39,495 bases of DNA, from assembly GCA_009602735.1 (NCBI GenBank), contig WELA01000281.1, forward strand, positions 89,908 to 129,402. The letters run 5' to 3'. The notes under the pieces are model-generated. The model did not search any database. It was not told where the DNA came from and saw nothing but the letters and a program-made list of their open reading frames with translations. Positions 12,180 to 23,200 of this stretch are shown here, piece after piece. A program made the position numbers and the translations under genes. Positions within the stretch are counted from its first letter, which is position 1. The number at the start of each line of letters is the position of its first letter. Origin of the DNA: Mesotaenium endlicherianum. Lineage: Eukaryota.

Positions 12180-13842
12180 AGAGAAAGGAAAGAAGTGCAA
12201 GTGCATGTGTAAGTGTGTGCGCATGTGGGTTCCTTAGTGCACGCACACGCATGTGGGTGTGTTTTGTTTTGCGCGCTTGTGCGCGCCCTTGTGCCTGTGC
12301 GTGTCCCATTTGGTGTGCATATCCACGTCAGTCTACGCGAGTGCTTGTGATCCGACAGGTGCTTTGACGTTGGCATACTTCTGCCTGAGGGTGCGTGCGT
12401 GCGTGCGTGCGTGGGTGCGTGCGTGTGTGCTTGCGTATATGCATGCGTGCACGTTATCTGCGTGTGCGCTCGTGTGCACAGGGTTGATGACGACGCAAGC
12501 ATGTCGAGACGTCCAAGGACAGGCGGCAAGTAGTGTACACGTGCACGTCTGTTTGCATGCTTGCTCGACCACTTCTGACTGAGACAACGAGGGCGCTTAC
12601 GTGCTTCCGTGCGTGCGCGCGTGCTTGCCTGCATGCGTGCATTCCTGACAGCACGCTTGCGTGCGCGTGTGTGTGTGTGCGGCAGGCCAAGTCGTTCAAG
12701 AACCGGCGGCAGATGATCTACGTGCACTCCAAGATGGTGGTGGCCGACGACGAGTACGTCATCGTGGGCTCCGCCAACATCAACCAGCGCTCCCTCGACG
12801 GCCTGCGCGACACTGAGATCGCGCTCGGCTCCTTCCAGCCCGCGCACGCGTGGCACAAGAAGGGCGACCTGCCGCGCGGAGAGGTGAGCGAGAGACCGAG
12901 CCAGTCACCGTTGGGACCCGCCATCGTCTGTCACCCTCACTCGGGGAGGGAGGGAGACAGAGGGGGGTAAAGGGAGAGGTGGAGAGGGGGGAGGGAGGGG
13001 GAGGNNNNNNNNNNNNNNNNNNNNNNNNNNNNNNNNNNNNNNNNNNNNNNNNNNNNNNGAGGGGGGAGGGAGGGGGAGGGAGGGGAAGTACGGACGGGGG
13101 GAGGGGAGGGGAGGAGAGGCGGGGGAGCGAGTGAGGGAGTTCTCCTCCGACTTGCTCGGAGCGTAGTGTGTGCTTTGAACGACTATACTACACGGGTGTT
13201 GGAGTATGTTCGGCATGATGGATATCTCCAGGGGCCGCGCAGCCCACTGGCCACGCAAGGAAGTAAGTAACCGCGCAGCCCACTGGCCACGCGAGGAAGT
13301 AAGTAAGCAAGCAAGCGAGGCCCCTCTCACTTTCCTGGAGCTTTTTGTGTGCATGCGCGTGTGCGTATGTGCTCACAAGCTTGTGTGCTGGCTCGCGTGC
13401 ATGCGCGTGCGTGTGTATGTGTGTGTGTGTGCTCGCGTGCTTGCGTGTGTGTGCGCACGTACCTCTCCCTCTTTCTCACTCTGTGCGAGTGCGTGCGTGC
13501 GCGCGTGTGCTGGGGGAGGGGGGTGACCTGCTGCTGCTGGTGCAGATCCACGGTTTCCGGATGTCCCTCTGGGCCGAGCACACGGGGCAGGTGCATCCCC
13601 TCTGGTCGCGCCCCTGGACCGTGGAATGCATGCGCGCGGTCAACGCCGATGCAGACGCGCGTTGGCAGCAGTACGCAGCCGACGAGGTCACCGAGCTCCA
13701 TGGCCACCTGGTGTCGTATCCCGTCGACATCGGCGCGCACGGCAGCGTCGGCTTGCTCCCGGGGCACGAGAAGTTTCCCGACACCAACGCGCCCGTCGTC
13801 GGCAAGGCCCAGCAGAATCTGCCCGACACGTTGACCACGTAG
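1..13842 (+). CDS. PLD: Phospholipase D (plant C2-PLD class, PLDdelta-like), 5'-partial multi-exon gene. Exons: <1-262, 1415-1625, 2277-2924, 3744-3812, 4439-4586 (exons 1-5 repeated at +5059), 10774-10922, 11650-11820, 12686-12883, 13546-13842
   Basis: Spliced translation gives plant PLD motifs in order: [39 protein letters not shown]1 (HQKTVVAD), [64 protein letters not shown]2 ([20 protein letters not shown]), [17 protein letters not shown]. All introns are GT-AG with consistent phases. Confidence 0.95.
366..433. repeat. Perfect 33-bp inverted repeat with 2-nt spacer (copy at 5425-5492)
   Basis: tccgcttgtctcgtctcatcttatcaagctgag-aa-ctcagcttgataagatgagacgagacaagcgga. Confidence 0.95.
829..1021. 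repeat. Intronic tandem repeats: (ttggcggg)x4 followed by an approximately 58-bp GT-rich unit x2+
   Basis: Direct reading; gtgcgcgggttggcatgtgagcgtgggtgtgcgagtgggtgtgtgtgcgggtgggtgt is repeated. Confidence 0.8.
1415..1625 (+). CDS. PLD: PLD exon 2
   Basis: gtgcag| [16 protein letters not shown]...[15 protein letters not shown] |gtacgt. Confidence 0.9.
2277..2924 (+). CDS. PLD: PLD exon 3 (first HKD motif)
   Basis: cggcag| [11 protein letters not shown]...HHQKTVVAD...[12 protein letters not shown]...WHDLH...WHSQ |gtgggc. Confidence 0.93.
3744..3812 (+). CDS. PLD: PLD exon 4
   Basis: gagcag| [23 protein letters not shown] |gtgaga. Confidence 0.9.
4439..4586 (+). CDS. PLD: PLD exon 5
   Basis: gagcag| [50 protein letters not shown] |gtacgt. 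Confidence 0.9.
5175..9645 (+). CDS. PLD: Second copy of PLD exons 1(part)-5: 5175-5321, 6474-6684, 7336-7983, 8803-8871, 9498-9645. This copy is contiguous with exons 6-9; likely an assembly duplicate
   Basis: ORF track is identical at offset 5059; copy begins mid-exon directly after the single N at 5174. Confidence 0.8.
10774..10922 (+). CDS. PLD: PLD exon 6
   Basis: gtgcag| (G)[49 protein letters not shown] |gtgtgc. Confidence 0.92.
11650..11820 (+). CDS. PLD: PLD exon 7
   Basis: (ct)n gtgcag| [15 protein letters not shown]...[14 protein letters not shown]...SNE |gtccgc. Confidence 0.9.
12686..12883 (+). CDS. PLD: PLD exon 8 (second HKD motif)
   Basis: cggcag| [46 protein letters not shown]...PRGE |gtgagc. 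Confidence 0.93.
13235..13306. repeat. 36-bp direct repeat x2 in PLD intron 8
   Basis: ccgcgcagcccactggccacgc(a/g)aggaagtaagtaa twice. Confidence 0.85.
13546..13842 (+). CDS. PLD: PLD last exon (C-terminal domain)
   Basis: gtgcag| [12 protein letters not shown]...[10 protein letters not shown]...LPDTLTT tag; C-terminus matches my recollection of land-plant PLDdelta. Confidence 0.92.
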   Translation: MHGFRMSLWAEHTGQVHPLWSRPWTVECMRAVNADADARWQQYAADEVTELHGHLVSYPVDIGAHGSVGLLPGHEKFPDTNAPVVGKAQQNLPDTLTT

Positions 13843-16048
13843 GGGGGCCGCGTGCAGGGGGCGGGGGGGGNNNNNNNNNNNNNNNNNNNNNNNNNNNNNN
13901 NNNNNNNNNNNNNNNNNNNNNNNNNNNNNNNNNNNNNNNNNNNNNNNNNNNNNNNNNNNNNNNNNNNNNNNNNNNNNNNNNNNNNNNNNNNNNNNNNNNN
14001 NNNNNNNNNNNNNNNNNNNNNNNNNNNNNNNNNNNNNNNNNNNNNNNNNNNNNNNNNNNNNNNNNNNNNNNNNNNNNNNNNNNNNNNNNNNNNNNNNNNN
14101 NNNNNNNNNNNNNNNNNNNNNNNNNNNNNNNNNNNNNNNNNNNNNNNNNNNNNNNNNNNNNNNNNNNNNNNNNNNNNNNNNNNNNNNNNNNNNNNNNNNN
14201 NNNNNNNNNNNNNNNNNNNNNNNNNNNNNNNNNNNNNNNNNNNNNNNNNNNNNNNNNNGAGAGAGAGAGAGAGAGAGAGAGGGGTGGAGGCGGCGGTGGG
14301 AGAGAGTGGCTGTACCACAGTATCTTGTGAGTGGGACACCTGGCGTAGGGGTCTCAAGTGAGCGCTGGCTGAACATAGCTGCTCTCAGGGAATGCAGTGG
14401 TGGTGCTTTGGCTATTGTGTTTTTTGGCAACGGCGCTTCCAATAGTTGCTGTTGTTGGACCCTTCTGCACTATGCCTGCATGCAACCAATTGCTGCATGG
14501 AACTTATCATTTTTATTTCTATTCCACTAGAAAGTTTGGAGCAGGCGATGTACACTAGATAGTTAGTTATACTTAGGGATAATAAGCTGATGACAGATGT
14601 CAGCCTTGTGTCTCCTCGCAGCCCACTCTGGCAGCTGCAACTTACAGAGTCTGTGAGCTCAAGGATAATAAATTGGACATATACTTAGCGTATGTACTGC
14701 TTGGACAACGTTTGACAGCATGCCATCGCAATCATTTGGTGCATATGGTCGTATATATATATACCAATCCTTATTTATTACAATCCTTGACCATGTATGC
14801 GACGCCTTCCATGGTCTTCCTGCCAGGATCACTAACAGGTACCTGTGTACCACTAGCTATGATCTGGCATGACCTGGTGTTGTTTGGAAACGCTCTCTAT
14901 GGTTACCGTTGCCAACTTGAACCAGGCATTTGATTATAAATGTTTGCCATTAAAATTCTGCGGCAATTCTATGCTTTGTGGCATAAATTGCATGCAGTAT
15001 GAGGACGCAAGATGACGAACAAACAGGCATATAAATGAAGGCGCATTCTTCCCCACAACTTTCATAATCTACTGACGAGTGCATGTGGGAGAATTAGCTA
15101 ACAAAACATATGTCATTACGACAAGTGAAGATGCGGAGGGTTGTCAGAGAAGGAGAAAGACCAGGTGGCCTATGGCGAACTAAGATGAGTACAACATGCT
15201 CATGCAATTAAGTTAACCGTTGACGTAAGGCCATGGCCCATGGGTCAATCTTGATGAGAGACACTGTGACGTCTTATAAGCTTAATTAGGCGCAAAAGTG
15301 GCGGCATATGTAGAAGCTGACGCAAGTATCCTCACATGAGCCCGTGGCCCAACCAGCAAAATCGTATGGAATAGGTGTAATAATAACATCTAGGAAATAA
15401 GACGCCAAATGTTGGAGGCCAGGTGGCCGTGGCTTACACGCAGGGAGAGCACGGGGAGAGGACAAGGGAGCGGTTGAGGAAGTCAAGGAGTATATCAAAC
15501 TCCGCGTTTGGCCTTGTCTGTCACCTTATTGGAACTTCTTACAAAAATAAACCGTGATGCTCAGCTGAAGTGATGGTGCCTTTAAATTGCAAGCAAGAAA
15601 GTGCATATCCCAATCGGAAGGAAGGGTAGATGCTAAATGAAAACCTCCACTTCATGTTGCGGTTTCTCTCACTGAAATGACATGTGTTGATATACGCAAC
15701 ATCTGGGCTGTGTAAGTTATAATTCTGGCAAGTTGCCATAACTACTGAGTGCCGCCCTAAAGATCAAAACTGCTAGATCGAGGAGAAGTTTCAAATGCCT
15801 GGCAGCAAGTGCGGCCAGATTAGGATGCATTAAGGAGGATGCATGCATCTCCAAATGCTTGCATGCATGTGGCATGCCCAAGCATCTCGTAAAAGTTGCA
15901 AAAAATGCTCATATCACGAACATATGGGCACAAGAGAGGCGCGCCCTCAACAGCATGACAGCTGGCCGTGCGCCAATTGGCAGCGGCGTACCAGCTGACC
16001 GGGCTGCGGCCAACGACAGCCTGACAGCTGGCCGTGCTATGGTCGGCA

Positions 16049-16112
16049 TCACAAGTGCTTGGCCAGCCACGAGACCTCCTTGTCGTCTCGCAAGGCGAAC
16101 GCGATGTCATCG
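16049..16112 (-). CDS. ORC1: ORC1 last exon
   Basis: aagcag| [20 protein letters not shown] tga; resembles the plant ORC1 C-terminus as I recall it. Confidence 0.88.
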
Positions 16113-19100
16113 CTGCTTGCATCAGATTTGCACAGCATGTTAGAACATGAGTCGAAGAGAAAAAAACACAAGTCGGAGAAAACGAGGTGAAGAAAAGTAG
16201 CGTACGCTGGAGAGAGTGACGCATAAGGACCCGACAAAGTACAAGATCCAACTCAATTGAGAAAGAGAAATGGGGGGATGTGCATGAGTTTCAGAAAGAG
16301 AGCATAAACTTGATATGGAAAGATGTAAACAAATATGGTCAAGAAGGCAAGAAGTCAAAGCGTCGTGAAAACTGGGAAAGAACCCAAGAACACTGCTACA
16401 CTAATGGAATGTGCACCCATCACCCCAGCGCACAAAGTGCTGTCTACTTGAGGGAGGGAGTACAAGGCAGGAGCAAGCAGCAGAGAGATCAGAAACAAAA
16501 AGGAGAGCAACACGCGACTGCTACAGTTTAGGAGTCACACAACCCATCTGGTCTTGTAGAATCACAATCCTCAAAAGCCAGAAGCTCCCCGGCCACCTAC
16601 AATGACCCCTACGCATATTGCGTCCTTCTCTATTTCACCCCAAAGAAAATAAAAGACACACACACACACACACACACACACATGCACGCACACACATGCA
16701 CGCACACACAGGCACGCACGCAAACACGCACGTGCCCATGCACTACCACAAGCACACCCACAGGTGCAGACAGTCACACTCACACACGCACACACACACA
16801 CACACACACACGCAGAGACACAGAGACACGCACGCGCGCACGCACGCTCGTATGCACGAACACACTCAAACACATACACGCACACAGGCTCGCAAACAGA
16901 GTCGCTAACACACACACAGATGCGAACGCAACTACGCCCCCACATACGCACACACGTGCGCGCATGCGTGCGAGCATACATATATGCCCATGCGTGTGCG
17001 TGTGTGTATGCATATGAGTAACCCTGGACCACAACCAGACAGGTGTCAGGTGGGAGCGCAACCTCGGAATGTTGAGCTGAAGCTTCTGGTGCCGGTGCGT
17101 GACACCTTGCTCGCACAGAAGGAGCCGCCACGCGCCAAGCCGACACCTGTTGCGACAAGATCAGCTCCAGCACCCACGACGACATCACCGGGGACAGAGC
17201 GCAGAGGGGGGCACAATCAGATTCGGCCCACAACGACCGCGAGTTCTACATGAGTCATTTTGTTTTAGGGGTGAAACGGTGGTGAGCTGAAGTCATTCCC
17301 CGCATCACCACATCAGCAGAAGGCTTTCCCCCCCCCCNNNNNNNNNNNNNNNNNNNNNNNNNNNNNNNNNNNNNNNCCCTTCTTCCCCCCTCCGTGTCCA
17401 ACCGCCCCCACCATTCTGCCCGGGGCAGAGGTTTGTAGCTGTGCAGGTTGCACTAACTCCCATTACAAACATCGCTTTCTTGTGAATCTCCCCGCGGCTG
17501 CTTAAGGTTCAGGTCTCACGACACCAGCAGAATAATGCGGTTGCAGAATAAAGGTACAGACGTAACAAGCCTTTTAGGAGTGCTGCGTGGAGACTCCACA
17601 AACAATTGCAAAGTGTGAGAAGGTGCAACACCAACACAACGCTTGTGAGGCGCGGCGGTGGACGTGCTATTCCGGATCACTCTTGCGAGAGAAATGCTGC
17701 AGGTGCAATACGATCCTCCCACGGGGCAACGGTGCAAGTCCAGCACGCAATACGATACAACACAACACGACGCAGTTGTTAACTCCAGATTTCAACAGGT
17801 TGCAGGCGCTCCCCCCTGGTGACCCCCCCCCCCCCAAACTGGGTCGCGGTAATAAGTTACGTGTATCTTTACGCGGAGGAGCTCTTTATTTTTCGAGGCC
17901 CCCAGAGGGTGCAACGTACAACCAAATCATACTTTTCACGATAACATGATGGTGTATGGGGGACGTAGATTGAGGAGAAGACCCGGTTTCAGGTGAGCAA
18001 GCAGTTCACCCGATGCTATAGAGGAGGTCAGGCGGGGGTATGAGGCGCTCGTTGTGCTCCTTGCACAGATGCTGGTGCAGCTCCGCCACCTGTCACCCCA
18101 AGGACGCCGCACACGTACACACGCACACACACGCACATGCACGTACACACACCCACACCCACACGCACATGGCCAGCACAAGTACATTACACACATATGC
18201 ATGCACACGCATGCACACGCAGACGGACACCCACACTCAGTCGACACGCACACGCACATGAACACGCACACGCACGCGCACGCGCACACGTGCAAGCGTG
18301 CGGATGCACACGGGCGGGGATACAAGCTCATGAGCTGCTGCAATGAAGAAAAGCAGCCGAGCCGCGCTCGCATGCTCTCATGTCTTCCAAGCAGGAAGAA
18401 GCGTGCGACACACCGCTGCAAAAGACTAAGCTGCAGAGTGTTCCCAGAGGTATGCCGTACCAAGCCAGACTTGGCCACGCATCGGAGGGCCAAACTGAGA
18501 AACAGCAGAAGATACTCCTCCACTCTTCCCGCTCTACACTCAGAGCTAGTAGCGCAAGTGCCGCCAGTACCGCCAGTTGGGCGGAACTGATTGGTAGTGA
18601 GAGCAACAGAGATTCGCACACGTGTTGTGAGGAGCAGAGGAGAGGTCAGCCTGCTAACAGCGGGCGCAGATACAGAACGCATGTGCAACAACACGTCTCG
18701 TGCTTTAGCATTCCCAAGAATGCCAGCAAAAGCGTCGCGGATGTTTGCGTGCGTGTGCTCATGTGTGTGTGTGTGTGTGTGTGTGTTTGCCTGTGTATAT
18801 ATGTGCGTGTGGGTGTGTGGGTGCACATGTGTGTGCTTGCCAGTTCACTGCCTGCTCCAGATAAAAACTGCTCGTGGGTGTGTGTGTGTGTGTGCGTGTG
18901 TGCGTGTGAACGTGTCCAGTGTGTGTGCAGCGCGCGTGTTTGTACGTTGTGTATGCATGCAAGTAATGAATGCTCATGCTTGAACCAATCTGCCTCCGTA
19001 CACTAGAGAAAAACGCAACCGCAATACGAGCGACAAGTCTTCTTCCCCATTTCCTCCGCTCCGACAAAGCGGATGCCAAAAAGGGACCGAAAGCGGCGGA

Positions 19101-20207
19101 GAGAGAGTACATACAGAGAGGAGAGGAAGGGGGAAGAGGGAAGGGGCCTTTTGGGTAGTAGTGGTTGGGGGGGGNNNNNNNNNNNNNNNNNNNNNNNNNN
19201 NNNNNNNNNNNNNNNNNNNNNNNNNNNNNNNNNNNNNNNNNNNNNNNNNNNNNNNNNNNNNNNNNNNNNNNNNNNNNNNNNNNNNNNNNNNNNNNNNNNN
19301 NNNNNNNNNNNNNNNNNNNNNNNNNNNNNNNNNNNNNNNNNNNNNNNNNNNNNNNNNNNNNNNNNNNNNNNNNNNNNNNNNNNNNNNNNNNNNNNNNNNN
19401 NNNNNNNNNNNNNNNNNNNNNNNNNNNNNNNNNNNNNNNNNNNNNNNNNNNNNNNNNNNNNNNNNNNNNNNNNNNNNNNNNNNNNNNNNNNNNNNNNNNN
19501 NNNNNNNNNNNNNNNNNNNNNNNNNNNNNNNNNNNNNNNNNNNNNNNNNNNNNNNNNNNNNNNNNNNNNNNNNNNNNNNNNNNNNNNNNNNNNNNNNNNN
19601 NNNNNNNNNNNNNNNNNNNNNNNNNNNNNNNNNNNNNNNNNNNNNNNGGGGGGGGAGGGGGGAGGGGGGGGCGAGGCACCATCTCGAAGGAGGTGGCAGC
19701 CAGGCCTGTTCGGCGGAGCTCCAGGGCGAGCGCCGTCAGAAAGATCTTCTCGTGGCGCGCCGCCCGCTTCATCACCTGCGCAGCGACAGAGAGAGCGGGT
19801 CCCATCCACAGGCAGTTTCGCCCTTTCTCTCAGAGACAATACAAGGAGGGGCACACCTCGCCACCACCTCCGCGCCCGCGCGGCAGAGATGGTCCCGTAC
19901 ACGCACGCGCGCACGCTCTCACGCTCGCACGCTCCTTGGGAGACGGGAACACACTCTCGACTGCTCGATTACCGGCATACATGCCACGCGCGCATTGCCT
20001 GGGCAGCAGAGAGGGTCCCGCATGTGCAAGCAGGCATGCACGCTCCCAGTCTCTCCGAGGCAAAAACACGCACTCACTCACAACCACTCACACTTGTCTT
20101 CTGCAGAAAGTGTTCCGCACGTGCAGGCATATGCAAGCACGCACGCTCCCAATCAAAGACAGAATCGAGCGGCATCCCATTCCTGCACAGCAGAGAGGGT
20201 TCTAAGA

Positions 20208-20249
<42 letters not shown>

Positions 20250-23200
20250 TGTCGCTCTCTTCCTCTCAGAGACAGACCACTGCTTTCATCCTTGGGGACA
20301 CACGCGCACCCATCACTTATCACCTGCTTAGAGATTCTTGCACGCCCAGGCACATGCCCTCTCCCCCCTCCCTCCCTCCCTCCCTTCCTCCCCAGAGAGA
20401 GGCACACACCTGTATGTTAGGCGACTGGAACATCTCCTTAACAGCCGCATCAATGTCGCTGAGAGTAATCAGGCTTGACGATGCGCCACCTGTCCCTTTC
20501 TCTCCACATGTTGCACCAGCTGTTGGCGCAGTTGCCACATCAGCAGTCACGGCAGCTGTACTGCTGCCAGGGTTGGAGCTGCCATTGGCATTGGGACCGC
20601 CACCTGATTCTCCAGAGCCTCCGTTGACAGCGGCGACAGGGACAGATGTCACCGTCTCAGCCGTCGTCGCATTGCCAGGTGGCGTTGCCACAGTGCCCGC
20701 TGTTGTGCCAGATGGCGCTGCCTCAGCAGCAGCAGAAGAAGCAGCTGCAATTCTGGACTCGGCTATCTCGGCCCCCCGCCGGCAGAGCTCCAGGGCCCTG
20801 CGGACGTCGCCTGACACGGATGCCACCTGTCCAAACAGAGGCATGCCACGTGTCACGTGCGGGCAAGCTCCACTAGCAAGTGCAGAGAAATGATTGCTTG
20901 GTCATAGCCGGGCAGGTACCTATGTACGCGCACGCGCACACACACGCACACACATACACACACACGCGCGCGCGCGCGCACAGATGCACGTGCACACACA
21001 CACACACACACCCACACACGCACACGCACACACACACACACAAACGTACTTGAACGTGCGCCCTAACCCACACGTGCGCCCTGACGCACATGCAGACAGA
21101 TGAATGAGCACCAACACACCCACGCACGCACAAGTGGCACGCACCAATGCACAAACATGCACATGTACACATCCAGATGCGCGCGCCCCTGAGCCACGAC
21201 CCAATCACAGCCCGGGGCTTTGGCATTGCAATGCCACATCAGCTAATCTTAGTGATGTCTTATCAGCTGATGCCACGTCAGCGGAGCCCCAAATTAATGC
21301 AAGAAGAAAGCAGCAAGAAGTATGCCGCAGCCTCCCAGATCAAAGCAACAGCTGGCGGCAAGGCCCTATACCCCCATCGCAACCCCAGCCCTTGACCGGA
21401 ACAGTGACACACACCTACTCTAAGCACTTAAGTTCTGGACCGACCGAACCTGACCCAAACCTGAGTCCTATTCCCGGACCTCTCAGCCCCGTTCACGCCC
21501 CGTATCCCATCCCTTACCTCGTCCTGATTTCAAACACGACCCAGATCCTAATTCTAACCTAGGCCAACATGGGCCAACGTGGGCCAACCTAGGCCAACCT
21601 AGGCCAAAACCAAACCCCACCTTCACCGCTGACTCTAATCCCAAACCGGCGCCAGCCCTAGCCCTTAACGTCGTTCTCAACCCCAACCTGAAACCTTTCG
21701 TCTCTCATCAGACGTTGCTCCTGCCTCCAGCCAACCACTCTCAGACGCACGCAGAGAGCAGAGCCAGGGGCTCAGAACGACGCGCAGCTGCTCCTACGTG
21801 CAGGCCTCGGCCTTATCCTTTCCCACTCCCAGTTCCGATCTTAAGCCCTCTCCTCCAAAGTTGAAAACAATCCCACTCCCAAAATCTCACTCTCATCGTG
21901 CCCCCAGGCAAGCCAAGCCTCTCCCAGAGGGCGGCATGGGTGGGATGGAAAGGGGGGAGGGGGCAGTGGTGGGGGGGGGAGGGGGTTCATCCAACGTCTG
22001 TGGTGCTGACAGCTTGTCGAGCACAATGACCAGGGCCCAGCCCAGCTCTGCTCCTAATCCGGCACCTGGACAACCCTAATCTCCCATCTGGCCACAACCC
22101 CCGACCGCCCGGCCGCCCGGCCGACTGACCTTTCTGGAAGCGAGCTCGACGGCGGAGGGGTCGAACGCGTGCAGGGCTGAGAGGCGGTGCCCGACAATAG
22201 CCTCCAGCTGCTGGCGCGTGTAGGGCGCAAAGGTGCAGCGGCGGAGGCCCATGCGGCTGACAATGCGCGGCAGCAGCCGCTCCGGGAGGTCCATGGTGTT
22301 TGCGATGCCTGCCGTGCGCAGCACAGCGTATCACACAGCGTAGCGTCATTGGAGTGGGGTCCGCAAAATTTTGCGTCTCGAAGTGTTTTGGAGTCAGAGG
22401 ATTGAGAGTCGGAGGGTTTGGCGCGCGCGCACGAGCAGGTGTGTGTGCCTAGGTGTGCATTTGTATGCGTGCGTGCGAGTGTGTGCGCGTGTGTGTGTGT
22501 GAGAGAGTGAGACAGAGAGAGAGGGGGGGAGAGAGGTGGGACAGCAGCAGCCGCTCCAGCAGGCCCTTCGTGTTTGCGCTTCTTGCAGAGCTCCCCATGG
22601 CGTTGTGGGGTGGGGGGGTTTTGACCACTGAGTGCACGAGCGCGTGCGTACGCGAGCGCGTGCGCATGTGTGCGTGTGTGTGCGCGCGCGCGCGCGTGTG
22701 TATGTGTGTGTGTGTGTGTGTTTGCGTGCGTGGGAGGTGGACAGCAGCTGCCCTGCCTTCCCCTAGCAAGTGCTATGCCTGCAGTGCAGGATCAGCATGG
22801 CGCGGGGGGGGAGCTTGTTCCTACACATGTGGCAGGGTAGAGGGTGGACAGTGGCTGCCCTGCCTCCTCTGGCAGGCTCACAGTAGGCGCACAGTGTTTG
22901 AGATGCCTGCAATGCGGCGCCAGTAGAGGGAAGGAGTTGATCACTGCTAGTGCTTATGTGTATAGGAGAGGAAGAAGAGAGCGATCAGATTGTGCGAANC
23001 CAGCCCAGCTCTGCTCCTAATCCGGCACCTGGACAACCCTAATCTCCCATCTGGCCACAACCCCCGACCGCCCGGCCGCCCGGCCGACTGACCTTTCTGG
23101 AAGCGAGCTCGACGGCGGAGGGGTCGAACGCGTGCAGGGCTGAGAGGCGGTGCCCGACAATAGCCTCCAGCTGCTGGCGCGTGTAGGGCGCAAAGGTGCA

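Noticed and set aside
14327..14620. Possible 3'UTR intron of PLD (gtgagt ... tctcctcgcag)
   Set aside because: Only splice-like motifs, separated from the stop codon by a gap; no supporting evidence
18320..18740. Unique-sequence ORFs nested in ORC1 intron 13
   Set aside because: Open frames are expected in GC-rich, repeat-flanked DNA; no recognisable domain or splice structure
19003..20893. Long ORFs spanning N runs (also at 13327-14442 and 29201-31345)
   Set aside because: Length is an artefact of N codons and microsatellites
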